DNA of 64,000 nt from Gemmatimonadota bacterium (GTDB lineage: Bacteria; JAAXHH01): assembly GCA_026705925.1 (NCBI GenBank), contig JAPOZT010000011.1, forward strand, positions 212,857-276,856, in the 5' to 3' direction. Under the pieces are notes generated by a model, which was given only the letters and a program-made list of their open reading frames with translations, was not told the DNA's origin and did not search any database. Below, in pieces: positions 1 through 9,743 of the stretch. The position numbers and the translations under genes are program-made. Positions within the stretch are counted from its first letter, which is position 1. Each line of letters begins with the position of its first letter.

Positions 1-87
1 CTTCGTCGATGAAGGTCAAACGAATCCTGCGTGGCATGGGTTGTTCAGAAATCCTTGGTATAACGGAGATTAGCTATCGAACCGGAG

Positions 88-897
88 CTACAACTTCAGG
101 AATAGACCGATATCCCACGCAGGTGCGTCCAGCACATTGTGTGCGCCGGCATACCGCGTCACCCCGGCGGTGATCCCCGCGTTGGGCGTGAAATAGAAAC
201 TCAACTCCGGTCCGAAGGATACGTACTGCTGGTCGTATACGGTCCACTCTCCATCCGTACCAACCGCTTTCGCGCCGCGGACCCAGCCGGAAACGCCAAA
301 GCGCTCACCGACCATGAATCCCGCTTCCACGGCGTACCGTATCTCGTCCGAAAAATCGCTCTCGCGGTTGTTGAATCCTATTTCCGCTTTGAGATAGCCT
401 GGTGTCGGCCACAGGGAATGACCGACCTGGAGCATGAACAACTGGTTGAATTCACCGTCCCCGGTAAACAGGCCGACTTCCTGTTGATCGGAGAAGGAAT
501 CCCCCAGCGGCAGGCCGGCCATGATCTGTATGCTTACGACCGTGGCCCGGTTGGTGAGCAAACCAACCCTGGCGCCAACCTCCCAGTCGCCCATACCCGA
601 CTTGGCTTCTGACCCGGACCGATCTTCGCTGATTCGCTGGTAAAAGGGGATGTAACCAACAAGCGTCAACCGGTTCGCCAGGCCGTATTCGCCGTACAGG
701 CTGGTTGTATAACGGCTTTGGTCCGTTATGTCTATCCGGTCTCCGGACGGCTCGAAATACGAGTCGCTCCGAATGATCTGCTCGTTCAGCTTGAAGTAGC
801 CTTTGCCCGGCGCGTGTGTCCATCCCCCGGCGTAAACCGTACTTGACTGAAGGATGAATCCCGCGAGCAGGGCGGCGAGAATGACGATTCTCGACAT
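88..897 (-). CDS. outer-membrane beta-barrel protein (porin-like), paralog A, with N-terminal signal peptide
   Basis: The ORF is 269 aa with a signal peptide ending in the cleavage-like site VYA-GGW, followed by alternating amphipathic beta-strand patterns. It shares about 60% identity with the adjacent ORF at 1020..1829, including the shared motifs GWTxPKGKGYFKL, RYTTSxYGEXGL, GLLTNRATVxSIQxMAGLPLG and the C-terminus NVLDAPAWxIGLFLKL. Confidence 0.7.
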   Translation of the reverse strand: MSRIVILAALLAGFILQSSTVYAGGWTHAPGKGYFKLNEQIIRSDSYFEPSGDRIDITDQSRYTTSLYGEYGLANRLTLVGYIPFYQRISEDRSGSEAKSGMGDWEVGARVGLLTNRATVVSIQIMAGLPLGDSFSDQQEVGLFTGDGEFNQLFMLQVGHSLWPTPGYLKAEIGFNNRESDFSDEIRYAVEAGFMVGERFGVSGWVRGAKAVGTDGEWTVYDQQYVSFGPELSFYFTPNAGITAGVTRYAGAHNVLDAPAWDIGLFLKL

Positions 898-1019
898 AGG
901 TATTTCCTCTTAGGATGCGGTACAACCAAATCGTCTGCGATACTCGTGAACCAGGGCACCTGGACAGCGGCAGGACGGGTTCTCGAAATCGATCCGACCG
1001 GCCGTCACGCTCCAACTGC

Positions 1020-1829
1020 TTACAGTTTCAGAAACAACCCAATCTCCCAGGCAGGAGCGTCCAGTACGTTGTACCCTCGGGCAAACTTAGTCATGCTGGC
1101 GGCGACCCCGGCATTGGGCGTGACGTATAGGTGGACTTCAGGTCCGTAAGAAAGGTATTGAGAGTCATTTCGATCATTCAATTCGCCAAGTACGTCAACA
1201 CCACGGAACCATACTGAAATTCCCACACGTTCGGCGATGGTATATCCCGCCTCCATGCTATATCGAATTTCGTCCGCATAATCATCTACGGGATTATCGT
1301 CACTTTTCCGGTTGTTGAATCCAAATTCTCCTTTCAAATACGCTGGTAATGGGTAAAGTGAGTGCCCCACCTGCAGCGAGATTTGCTGATTGAATTCACC
1401 GTCTCCGGTCCAAAGGAACTTGGTCTTCTCCGCTTCTCCCAGAGGCAATCCTGCCATCGCCTGTATACTGATGACCGTTGCCCTGTTTGTGAGTAGCCCG
1501 ACCCTTATCCCAATATCCCAGTCACCAACGCCGGTCAACGTTTCGTCACCGTCTATGTTGAGGTGTTTATAGACCGGCATGTAGCCAACGATCGTTAGCC
1601 GGTCAATCAAACCGAATTCACCGTAAAAACTTGTAGTGTAACGGTTAACGGTGACCGGAATATCCCATTGGTCTCCGTTCGGGCGGAATACGGAATTGGC
1701 ACTTACAATCTGCTCGCTGAGTTTGAAGTACCCCTTCCCTTTGGGTTGAGTCCATCCACCCGCATGGGCAATGGAAGTATGGCAGATAACCACACCAACG
1801 AATAAAACAGAGAAGACGAACTTATTCAT
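1020..1829 (-). CDS. outer-membrane beta-barrel protein (porin-like), paralog B
   Basis: It is also 269 aa with a signal peptide (VICHTSIAHA-GGW). It is a tandem paralog of 88..897 with the same length and conserved C-terminal barrel motif. Confidence 0.7.
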   Translation of the reverse strand: MNKFVFSVLFVGVVICHTSIAHAGGWTQPKGKGYFKLSEQIVSANSVFRPNGDQWDIPVTVNRYTTSFYGEFGLIDRLTIVGYMPVYKHLNIDGDETLTGVGDWDIGIRVGLLTNRATVISIQAMAGLPLGEAEKTKFLWTGDGEFNQQISLQVGHSLYPLPAYLKGEFGFNNRKSDDNPVDDYADEIRYSMEAGYTIAERVGISVWFRGVDVLGELNDRNDSQYLSYGPEVHLYVTPNAGVAASMTKFARGYNVLDAPAWEIGLFLKL

Positions 1830-1848
1830 GTTGTTGTTCCTTTACTGG

Positions 1849-3948
1849 CTAGTTGCTAAAAGCATTCGAGGAGATTCGCAAGTCAAACTGCCTGCAATAG
1901 AGGATGATATAGTCGTAAGAGTCTATATCCTTGCCCGATGGGGGTGTAAACGTACTCGTAAAACTCGTCATACCTGTAACTTCACCGAAACTGCGCGCAG
2001 TGCTGGGTAAAGTTTCCCCCACTGCCCAGTCGATGCTCGCTTTCTCGGAAAGAGCCAACCACGTATCGGGGGCGGTGCTCCTGAAACCGGTTATGGTCAG
2101 CTTGAGTTGCCCACCGGCACCTTCACTTAAAGTCACACTCCCAGCAGCTGAATAACTTCCCGAAATCGTAGCCGTTCGGCTCCTCAACATCGGCGGTGGT
2201 GGCGGTGGCGGCGTCGGTGCCGTCACCGTCAGTGTCGCCATGCCGGACTTGCCGTCCACCGATGCCCTTATCGTCGTCGAACCTGCACTCTTACCCGTTG
2301 CCAACCCGGAGGAGCTGATCGTTGCTTTCGATGTATCACTGCTCGTCCAGGTAAAGGTCTTGCCCGAAATCACCGTGCTGTCCGATTCAAAGGCCATCGC
2401 GGAGAACTGCTGCGTCTCCCCTTCTTCGATCGATGGGGACGATGGAGACACGGTGACCCGGTCCACTACCGGGGGCGGAGGAGGAGGTGGCTCGGTCACG
2501 GTCAACATCGCCGTGCCGGACTTGCCGTCCACCATCGCTGTAATCGTTGTGGAACCGGCTTCCATTGCCGATGCCAGACCTGACGACGAGTTGATCGTCG
2601 CGACCGTCGTGTTGCTGCTCGACCACGTAAAGGTCTTGCCCGTGATCTCCATGTCGTCCGCGTCAAAGGCTGTCGCGGTGAACTGCTGCATCTCCCCTTC
2701 TTCTATCGTCGCGGTCATGGGCTCCACGGCAACCCGAACAACCTCCGGCGGTTCGGCAACCGTGACGGTTACCGGATCGGAAGTCGTTTCTTCCGTCATG
2801 GCGGTAATGTCCGCCATACCCGCGCCGACCGCGGTAACCAGCCCCGTCGTATCAACGGTCGCCACCCCAATGTCGTCGCTCGACCACGATATAGTCGCGC
2901 CACCGATCATGGTCCCGTCTGCAGTCCGGGCGACGGCCATGAGCTGAAGCGTTCCGCCGATTTCGAGCATTGCAGGCATGGCGTCCACAATCTCGACACT
3001 GTCTACCATCGGCGCCGATTCCGCCACGGTGACCGTCGCAGGCATGCTCGTCACGTCATTCCCTGTGGCCGTTATCATGGCCGTACCGGCGGCGACGGCC
3101 GTTACCATCCCGGATCCATCCACCGTGGCGACTTCCGGATCATCGCTCATCCAGGTGAATTCCACGTCATCAACCACCATGCCGTCGGCCGTCATGGCAA
3201 CGGCCGTGAACTGGAACATGCCTCCGACCATGATCATCATGGAAGCCGGACGCACCGTCACGGTGGCCACCACCGGCTCGGGCGGCGGCGGTTCGGCCAC
3301 GTTGATCGTTACCGGCGAACTCGAAATACCATCCGCCGTGGCGCGGACCATGGCCGAACCGGCGTCGACGGCCGTGGCCACGCCGGCGGAAGTGATGGTC
3401 ACTACGCTGGTGTCGCTGCTCGCCCAGATGATACTGACATCACTGCGGATCGCGCCGCCTGCCGTCCGGGCCGTTGCCGTAAAAGTGACCATTTCCCCAA
3501 CCATCAACTCCTGGGTCGAGGAAGGAGAGACCGTGACGTTGGCCACGGCGGCCACGGTGACCGTGATCGTCACCGCCGCACTCGAAACGCCGTTCCCCGT
3601 CGCCCGGATGGTGGCCGTTCCGGCGGCCACGGCCGTGACAACCCCGTTGTTGATGGTAGCCACGGCGGTATTGCTGCTCGACCAGGTAAAACTGACACCG
3701 CTGATCACGGTGCCGTCGGAAGCCTTGGCGGTCGCGACAAATCGTTGTGTCCCTCCTGCTTGCAGCGTCGCCGTGCTCGGACTGACTTCGACTACGGAGA
3801 CCGTCGGCGCGGGCGGCGGCGTGGGCGGCGGAGATGGTGGGGTAGGGGCCGGCCGGGTCGGTGATTCGCCGCCGCCGCAACCCACGGTCCAAAGGCCACC
3901 TGCCAGGACCAGCATGGCAAAACGAGTCGTTATCAATCGGATCGACAT
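1849..3948 (-). CDS. Big_2 (bacterial Ig-like group 2) repeat surface lipoprotein
   Basis: At least six repeats of about 80 aa match the Big_2 pattern (V..V.V.P....L..G....L.A.V....), separated by Pro-rich linkers (PPPPPPP). The likely true start is MSIRLITTRFAMLVLAGGLWTVGC, a lipoprotein signal with a lipobox Cys, at 3948. The 69 codons upstream in the ORF track are Arg/Lys-rich with no signal peptide and are probably not translated. Confidence 0.75.
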   Translation of the reverse strand: MSIRLITTRFAMLVLAGGLWTVGCGGGESPTRPAPTPPSPPPTPPPAPTVSVVEVSPSTATLQAGGTQRFVATAKASDGTVISGVSFTWSSSNTAVATINNGVVTAVAAGTATIRATGNGVSSAAVTITVTVAAVANVTVSPSSTQELMVGEMVTFTATARTAGGAIRSDVSIIWASSDTSVVTITSAGVATAVDAGSAMVRATADGISSSPVTINVAEPPPPEPVVATVTVRPASMMIMVGGMFQFTAVAMTADGMVVDDVEFTWMSDDPEVATVDGSGMVTAVAAGTAMITATGNDVTSMPATVTVAESAPMVDSVEIVDAMPAMLEIGGTLQLMAVARTADGTMIGGATISWSSDDIGVATVDTTGLVTAVGAGMADITAMTEETTSDPVTVTVAEPPEVVRVAVEPMTATIEEGEMQQFTATAFDADDMEITGKTFTWSSSNTTVATINSSSGLASAMEAGSTTITAMVDGKSGTAMLTVTEPPPPPPPVVDRVTVSPSSPSIEEGETQQFSAMAFESDSTVISGKTFTWTSSDTSKATISSSGLATGKSAGSTTIRASVDGKSGMATLTVTAPTPPPPPPPMLRSRTATISGSYSAAGSVTLSEGAGGQLKLTITGFRSTAPDTWLALSEKASIDWAVGETLPSTARSFGEVTGMTSFTSTFTPPSGKDIDSYDYIILYCRQFDLRISSNAFSN

Positions 3949-3956
3949 ACATCCTC

Positions 3957-3989
3957 CCGCCGTATCGTAAGCTTCCGTCGTATCGTAAG
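3957..3989. repeat. 15-bp direct repeat CCG(C/T)CGTATCGTAAG x2, separated by CTT, in the dnaE/Big_2 intergenic region
   Basis: Read directly from the sequence at 3957-3971 and 3975-3989, immediately 5' of the Big_2 lipoprotein start on the minus strand. Confidence 0.6.
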
Positions 3990-4067
3990 TTACCGCCGAG
4001 TTGTTAGGCTTCGCTGCCAACATTTGCAGCCGGCTACGCGTAGACCTGTTTCCAGCTCCTCGTAGCC

Positions 4068-7000
4068 CTATTTCCCGTTTCCGTTTCCGCGCCCGTCCCC
4101 GTTCCAGCGGCCTCGGCCGTTTCGCTTCCGGCCGTTCATCTCCACCGGTTTCCATCCGCTTTCACCGCTGTGCGCGGGCGCGCCGGCCAGCCGGACCCGT
4201 TTCGCGCCGCTGGACTCCCGCAGGGTCTTCAGCAGCTCGTCCGTGGGCCGGACCTGGAGGTGGTTCCCCGCCCTGACGCCGATCTCGCCGTGATCGGCCG
4301 TCGACACTTCGAGCACCACGTCGCATTTTCCCGGGTAGGTCTCCAGCACATCCTTGAGCGACGCGAGATTTTCATCCCCGACCTGTTCGTACTCCATAGA
4401 CAGCACGACGGACCGCGCCAGCCGGTCCCGTGCATCCGTCAACGCGATGATCTCGGAGGCGATAACCTTGTTGTCCTCTTCTTTTTTCGAAAGGTGACCG
4501 TTCACGAGGATCAGCGCGTCGATCGACACAAGATCGCGGTACAGGGCGTAGGGTTCCGAAAAAACGAGCACTTCGCCGGATCCGGAGAAGTCTTCGAGCG
4601 TGACGAAGGCCATGGTCTTGCCGTTCCGGTCCACGATGGGCTTGATCTCGGTCACGATACCGCCCACCACGACACCGTCCGACCGGCCGTTGGCGAGTTC
4701 GAGGCGGCGCATCTCCGCCGTCGTGAACGCCCGGATGTCTTCCTCGTATTCCTTCAGCGGGTGCCCCGTCACGTAAAATCCGAGCAGTTCCTTCTCGAGG
4801 CCCAGTTCCTGGCTGGCCGCCCACCGGGGGACCATCGGCAGCACGGGCTTGTGCACTTCCAACCCGGAGCTTCCTCCCATGCCGTCGAGGTCGAAGAGGG
4901 AGGTCTGTCCCTTTTCCCGGTCCTGCTGGCGGGTCTGCGCTCCTTCGATGACCGAATCGAGCACGTCCATGAGCTGCGCCCGGTGTCCCTCGAGGCTGTC
5001 GCAGGCGCCGGCCTGGATCAGAGACTCGAGCACCCGCTTGTTGACCAGCCGCAGATCGATGTGCTCGCAAAGCCCGAATACATCATCGAAGGTTCCATGT
5101 TCCTTCCGTGCCTCGACGATGGATTCCACCGCGGCCTGCCCCACGTTCTTTATGGCGCACAGCCCGAACCGGATCGAGCGGCCTTCCACGACGAAGGTCT
5201 TGTCGCTTCTGTTGACGTCGGGCGGCAACACTTCGATGCCCATCTTCCGGCATTCGTTGATCAGTACGACGATTTCCTCGGTATTGGACATCGTGTTTGA
5301 CAACAGCGCCGCCATGAAGGGCACCGGGTAGTGCACCTTCAGATAGGCCTCCTGAAAGGCGAGTACGGCATAGCCCGCCGAATGGCTCTTGTTGAACGCG
5401 TAGCCGCCGAAATACTCGATCAGGCCGAAGACCTCTTCCGCGATGCCTTTCTCGATGCCGTTCTCCACGGCGCCGTCGACGAAATTCCGCCGCTCTTCGG
5501 CCATGACTTCGGGCTGCTTCTTGGCCATGGCCTTCCGGAGGAAATCGGCGCGGCCCAGGGTGTAACCTGCCATGTCGCGGGCGATCTGCATCGCCTGTTC
5601 CTGGTAGACGATGAGACCGTACGTCTCCTTCAGGGCCGTTTCCATCACGGCGTGGTGATAGGAGACCTCCTTGCGTCCGTGCTTGCGGTCGATGTAGTCG
5701 TCCACGACCCCGCCGTTCAGTGGGCCGGGCCGGCAGAGCGCGTTCATGGCGATCAGGTCGTCGACGCCGTCCGGCCGGAGCCGACGCAGGAATTCGTGGA
5801 GCCAGCCGCTGTGGAACTGGAAGATCCCCGTGGTCTCGCCCCTGCGGAACAGGTCGAGGGTCTTCGTATCGTCCAGGGGAATGTCGTCCAGCTCGATCTC
5901 GTCGCCCGTCGTGTCCTTGATGATGGCGAGGGCGTCCTGGATGACGGACAGGTTCTGCAGCCCAAGGAAGTCCATCTTGGGCAGGCCGATGTCCTCCATG
6001 AGCTCGCCGGGATACTGGGTGACGATCGTATCCTTGTTGCTCGGCTTGTACAACGGCACGTAGTCGGTCAGTTCGCCCGGCGTGATCACCACGCCCGCCG
6101 CATGCACGGACGCGTGGCGGGCCAGGCCTTCCAGGGTCCTGGCGTACTGGATCAGCTGGCCTTCCGTTCCGCCGCCGTCAGCCATCTGCTTCAGTTCCGG
6201 GACCTGGTCGAGGGCCCGGTCGAGGGTGATCTTCAGTTCACCGGGCACCAGCTTGGCCACGCGGTCCACGTCGCCGTAGGACATGCCCAGGACGCGGCCC
6301 ACGTCGCGGATCGCCGCCTTCGCCCCCATGGTGCCGAAGGTGATGATCTGGGCCACGCTGTTCTTGCCGTATTTCTCCACCACGTAGTTGATGACCTTGT
6401 CGCGTTCGCGGTCCGCGAGGTCGATGTCGATGTCGGGCATGCTGACGCGCTCGGGATTCAGGAAGCGTTCGAAAAGCAGCCCGTACTCGATGGGGTCGAT
6501 GTTCGTAATGCCCAGCACGTACGCCACCATGCATCCCAGGCCGGACCCCCGCGTCATGAGCGGGATCCCCTGCTCCGCGGCGAACCGGGCGATGTCCTCG
6601 ACGATGAGGAAGTAGCTCGGATAGCCCATCTGGCCAATGACGCCCAGTTCGTATTCGAGGCGGGCCTTCAACTCGGGGGTGATGGAGTCATACCGCTTCT
6701 CCATGCCGTCGAAGGACAGCTTGCGCAGGTAGGCGTCCGCGCTGTCATATCCTTCGGGCAGCGGGAAGTGGGGGAATTTGAACTGGCCCATTTCCAGCTC
6801 GAATTCGATGGACTCGGCGATGGAGACGGTGTTGGCCAGGGCCCCGGAAACGTGGCCGAACAGCTGGCTCATCTCCTCGGCGTTCTTGAAGTAGAGCGAA
6901 TCCGTGGCGAACCTGAGCCGCTTGGGGTCGTTCAGTTCCTTCCCGGTCTGAATGCAGACCAGCACGTCCTGGGCGGGGGCGTCGCCCTGCTTCAGATAGT

Positions 7001-7640
7001 GGGCGTCGTTGGTCGCGACGATGGGGAGGTCGAACTCCCGGGAGAAATCGATCATCGCGTTGTTGATGGTCTTGTCGAACTCCAGTCCGTGGTCCTGGAT
7101 CTCTAGGTAAAAATTTGATCCGAAAATCTCTTTGAGCTGGGCGCATTTCGTCCGCGCCCGGTCGATCTGGCCGTCCACCACCAGGTTGGCCAGCGGCCCC
7201 TTGGCGCAGGCGGACGTGGCGATTAACCCTTCGCTGTGCTTCTCCAGAAGCTCCATGTCCACCCGGGGCTTGTAGTAGAACCCCTCGAGGTACCCTGCGG
7301 AGGTGAGCTTCATCAGGTTCCGGTAGCCGGTCGCGTTCTTGGCGAGCACGACGAAGTGCGTCGTCTGTGCGGACCGGTCGAGCCGGTCGCCGCCCCGGAC
7401 CGGGCGCCTTTCCTTCCGGCTGCCCGGGGCCAGGTACAGCTCGCAACCGATGATCGGCCTCAGGCCCGCGGCCGTGACCGTCTTGTAGAACTCCACGGCG
7501 CCGAACATGTTGCCATGGTCGGTCATGGCGATGGCGGGCATGTCGAAGGCTTTGGCGGTCTCGGCGAGATCCTCGATGCGGCTGGCGCCGTCGAGGAGGC
7601 TGTAATGGGTATGGTTGTGCAGGTGTACGAACGAGGACAC
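4068..7640 (-). CDS. dnaE: DNA polymerase III alpha subunit
   Basis: The N-terminal PHP-domain signature MSSFVHLHNHTHYSLLDGASRIEDL...AIAMTDHGNMFGAVEFY is present. The 1190-aa length and collinear polymerase-core motifs match the DnaE family. Confidence 0.95.
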   Translation of the reverse strand: MSSFVHLHNHTHYSLLDGASRIEDLAETAKAFDMPAIAMTDHGNMFGAVEFYKTVTAAGLRPIIGCELYLAPGSRKERRPVRGGDRLDRSAQTTHFVVLAKNATGYRNLMKLTSAGYLEGFYYKPRVDMELLEKHSEGLIATSACAKGPLANLVVDGQIDRARTKCAQLKEIFGSNFYLEIQDHGLEFDKTINNAMIDFSREFDLPIVATNDAHYLKQGDAPAQDVLVCIQTGKELNDPKRLRFATDSLYFKNAEEMSQLFGHVSGALANTVSIAESIEFELEMGQFKFPHFPLPEGYDSADAYLRKLSFDGMEKRYDSITPELKARLEYELGVIGQMGYPSYFLIVEDIARFAAEQGIPLMTRGSGLGCMVAYVLGITNIDPIEYGLLFERFLNPERVSMPDIDIDLADRERDKVINYVVEKYGKNSVAQIITFGTMGAKAAIRDVGRVLGMSYGDVDRVAKLVPGELKITLDRALDQVPELKQMADGGGTEGQLIQYARTLEGLARHASVHAAGVVITPGELTDYVPLYKPSNKDTIVTQYPGELMEDIGLPKMDFLGLQNLSVIQDALAIIKDTTGDEIELDDIPLDDTKTLDLFRRGETTGIFQFHSGWLHEFLRRLRPDGVDDLIAMNALCRPGPLNGGVVDDYIDRKHGRKEVSYHHAVMETALKETYGLIVYQEQAMQIARDMAGYTLGRADFLRKAMAKKQPEVMAEERRNFVDGAVENGIEKGIAEEVFGLIEYFGGYAFNKSHSAGYAVLAFQEAYLKVHYPVPFMAALLSNTMSNTEEIVVLINECRKMGIEVLPPDVNRSDKTFVVEGRSIRFGLCAIKNVGQAAVESIVEARKEHGTFDDVFGLCEHIDLRLVNKRVLESLIQAGACDSLEGHRAQLMDVLDSVIEGAQTRQQDREKGQTSLFDLDGMGGSSGLEVHKPVLPMVPRWAASQELGLEKELLGFYVTGHPLKEYEEDIRAFTTAEMRRLELANGRSDGVVVGGIVTEIKPIVDRNGKTMAFVTLEDFSGSGEVLVFSEPYALYRDLVSIDALILVNGHLSKKEEDNKVIASEIIALTDARDRLARSVVLSMEYEQVGDENLASLKDVLETYPGKCDVVLEVSTADHGEIGVRAGNHLQVRPTDELLKTLRESSGAKRVRLAGAPAHSGESGWKPVEMNGRKRNGRGRWNGDGRGNGNGK

Positions 7641-7906
7641 GGGGTTCGTCCTTAAGGCAGGTACCGCAGTTCACCTGTTGCGGACGGGCGGGGTCCTGCC
7701 TGATGAGTGTCTGACGGGCTTCAAAGTGGGAATGAAGATACGAGACTACCTTGGAAAAATAGGTTGATAAGAACCATCGGCGCAAGGTATTTTACGTTTT
7801 TTTCCGGCCGGTCTGAGCACGATCCGTGTAGTGGGCAGGAAGGCTTCGATCAGACCGGAATTCAGGCTGGATTTGCAGATCACGTAAAAGGAGTGTCCGG
7901 CGCGTC

Positions 7907-9535
7907 ATGCATCGCGTTATCGTCCTCGACAAACTTGCCCGGGAAGGGCTTGAACGACTCACCGGGGCGAACGAAGTATCCCACGACGTGCGTACCGGCC
8001 TCGACGGCGAAGCGCTGCGCGGCGCCCTCACGGAGTACGACGGCGCCATCTGCCGGAGCGACACGAAGATCACGGCGGACGTGCTGAAAGGTAACGCGCG
8101 CCTGCGCGGCATCGTGCGCGCGGGCGTGGGCACGGACAACATCGACCGGGTCGCGGCGACCCGGCAGGGCATCGTGGTCATGAACACGCCGACCGGCAAT
8201 ACCCTGAGCACGGCGGAGCACACCTTCACCCTCATCGCGGCCCTTTCGCGCAACATCGCGCCGGCAAACCGGAGTCTCATGGAAGGACGGTGGGACCGCG
8301 GCGCGTTCACGGGGGTCCAGCTGGCCGGCAAGACCCTGGGCATCATCGGCATGGGCCGCATCGGCCGGGAGGTCGCCGCGCGGGCCAAGGCCTTCGCCAT
8401 GCGCGTCATCGGATTCGACCCCTTCCTTTCGCCCGATCAGGCGGCCAAGCTCGGTGTGGAGTACGTCGACGAAGTGCGCGACCTGCTACCCGAGGTGGAT
8501 TACCTGACTGTGCATACGCCACTGACGCCGGAGACCCGCCACCTGGTGAGCCACGACGAGATCGACCTGCTCAAACCGGGTGCGCGGCTGGTCAACTGCG
8601 CCCGCGGTGGTATCTACGACGAGGAAGCGCTGATCCGGGGCCTCGAATCCGGGAAGCTGGCCGGCGTGGCGCTGGACGTCTACGAAGAGGAGCCCTGTGT
8701 GGACAGCCCGCTGTTTCACATGCCCGGCGTGCTGTGCACCCCCCATCTCGGGGCGAGTACGGAAGAGGCGCAGGCCGACGTGGCGGTGGAAGCCGTGGAC
8801 CTCCTGGTCAACTTCCTGGTCACCGGAGAAGTCCGCCACGCCGTGAACGCCATCACCATCGATTCGAATACGTACGAGACACTGGGCGGCTATCTCGACG
8901 TGGCCTACCGGCTGGGCATCCTGCTGTCCCAGTGGCACAGCGGGGGGCCGCGCGCGTGCCGGCTGACCTACCGCGGCAAGGTGGTCGACGAGAACACGCG
9001 CCTGCTCACCTCAGCCTTCTGCGCGGGCCTGCTCGAAGACGCTCTCGACGAAGAGGTCAATATCGTCAACGGCGAGATGCTGCTCCGGGAGCGGGGCATC
9101 CACCTGACGGAACAGACCCGCAGCGCGGCCGGGTTCTTCTCCTCGGCCATCAGCGTGGAGATCGACTGCGCCGACGAGACGTATCGGGCCGACGGAACGG
9201 TTTTCGGAAATAACATGCCGAGGTTGATCCGCCTGGGCGAACACCGCATGGAGGCCTACCTGGACGGCAACCTCCTGGTCTTCCACCACAGCGACGTGCC
9301 CGGCATCGTCGGCGCCATCGGCGACACCTTCGGACGGTACAAGGTGAATATCGCCCAGATGGCCGTGGGGAGGCTGGGGAACGAGCCCGGCGGCAAGGCC
9401 GTGGGCGTGCTGAACCTGGACGACGTCCCGCCCCAGGAGTCCATCGACGAGATCCTGCGCCACCCGGCCATCAACAGCGCACGGTTCATCCGACTGCCTG
9501 CGCACGGCGCGCTGCCGCCCTGGATGCCCGGGTGA
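7907..9535 (+). CDS. serA: D-3-phosphoglycerate dehydrogenase (long form with C-terminal ASB/ACT domains)
   Basis: The 2-hydroxyacid dehydrogenase NAD-binding motif GKTLGIIGMGRIGREVA is present, along with a catalytic His/Glu/Arg context. The 542-aa length and C-terminal regulatory region are typical of SerA. Confidence 0.85.
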   Translation: MHRVIVLDKLAREGLERLTGANEVSHDVRTGLDGEALRGALTEYDGAICRSDTKITADVLKGNARLRGIVRAGVGTDNIDRVAATRQGIVVMNTPTGNTLSTAEHTFTLIAALSRNIAPANRSLMEGRWDRGAFTGVQLAGKTLGIIGMGRIGREVAARAKAFAMRVIGFDPFLSPDQAAKLGVEYVDEVRDLLPEVDYLTVHTPLTPETRHLVSHDEIDLLKPGARLVNCARGGIYDEEALIRGLESGKLAGVALDVYEEEPCVDSPLFHMPGVLCTPHLGASTEEAQADVAVEAVDLLVNFLVTGEVRHAVNAITIDSNTYETLGGYLDVAYRLGILLSQWHSGGPRACRLTYRGKVVDENTRLLTSAFCAGLLEDALDEEVNIVNGEMLLRERGIHLTEQTRSAAGFFSSAISVEIDCADETYRADGTVFGNNMPRLIRLGEHRMEAYLDGNLLVFHHSDVPGIVGAIGDTFGRYKVNIAQMAVGRLGNEPGGKAVGVLNLDDVPPQESIDEILRHPAINSARFIRLPAHGALPPWMPG

Positions 9536-9551
9536 TGCCCCGCGACTGGAC

Positions 9552-9599
9552 GGACCTGACGCGGTCTGGCCGAAGGGACCTGACGCGGTCTGGCCGAAG
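9552..9599. repeat. perfect 24-bp tandem direct repeat GGACCTGACGCGGTCTGGCCGAAG x2 (plus a partial third copy) just after the serA stop
   Basis: Read directly from the sequence. It is followed by the GC-rich hairpin GCGGCC-cggac-GGCCGC at about 9637-9653. Confidence 0.8.
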
Positions 9600-9629
9600 G
9601 GACCCGGCACGGCCCGGCCGACGGCACGA

Positions 9630-9665
9630 AAAGGCCGTAGGCGCGGCCCGGACGGCCGCGTGGCC
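9630..9665 (+). terminator. possible weak intrinsic terminator hairpin after serA
   Basis: The stem GCGGCC/GGCCGC has a 5-nt loop, but the downstream tract is only weakly T-rich (cttggaacgttt). Confidence 0.25.
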
Positions 9666-9743
9666 CTTGGAACGTTTGAAGAAAAACTGTAGTTTAGGGG
9701 AATACAAAGTCTATTCGACCTGTGGCCTGAAATCGGAGGATCC

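Noticed and set aside
3949-4155. An upstream 69-codon extension of the Big_2 lipoprotein ORF
   Set aside because: The extension is Arg/Lys/Glu-rich with no signal peptide. The internal Met at 3948 begins a canonical lipoprotein signal (LAGGLWTVGC), so translation most likely starts there.
5331-7106. A long plus-strand ORF (591 aa), with several others (4170..5300, 4849..5331, 6238..6534), lying inside the dnaE locus
   Set aside because: They are antisense or out-of-frame shadow ORFs, typical of 65% GC DNA. Their translations are low-complexity (Arg/Gly/Val-rich), whereas the minus-strand frame encodes a full-length, motif-complete DnaE.
8290-9213. A 307-aa plus-strand ORF in an alternative frame inside serA
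   Set aside because: It is an overlapping frame of a confidently assigned serA. Its translation is Arg/Gly/Pro low-complexity.
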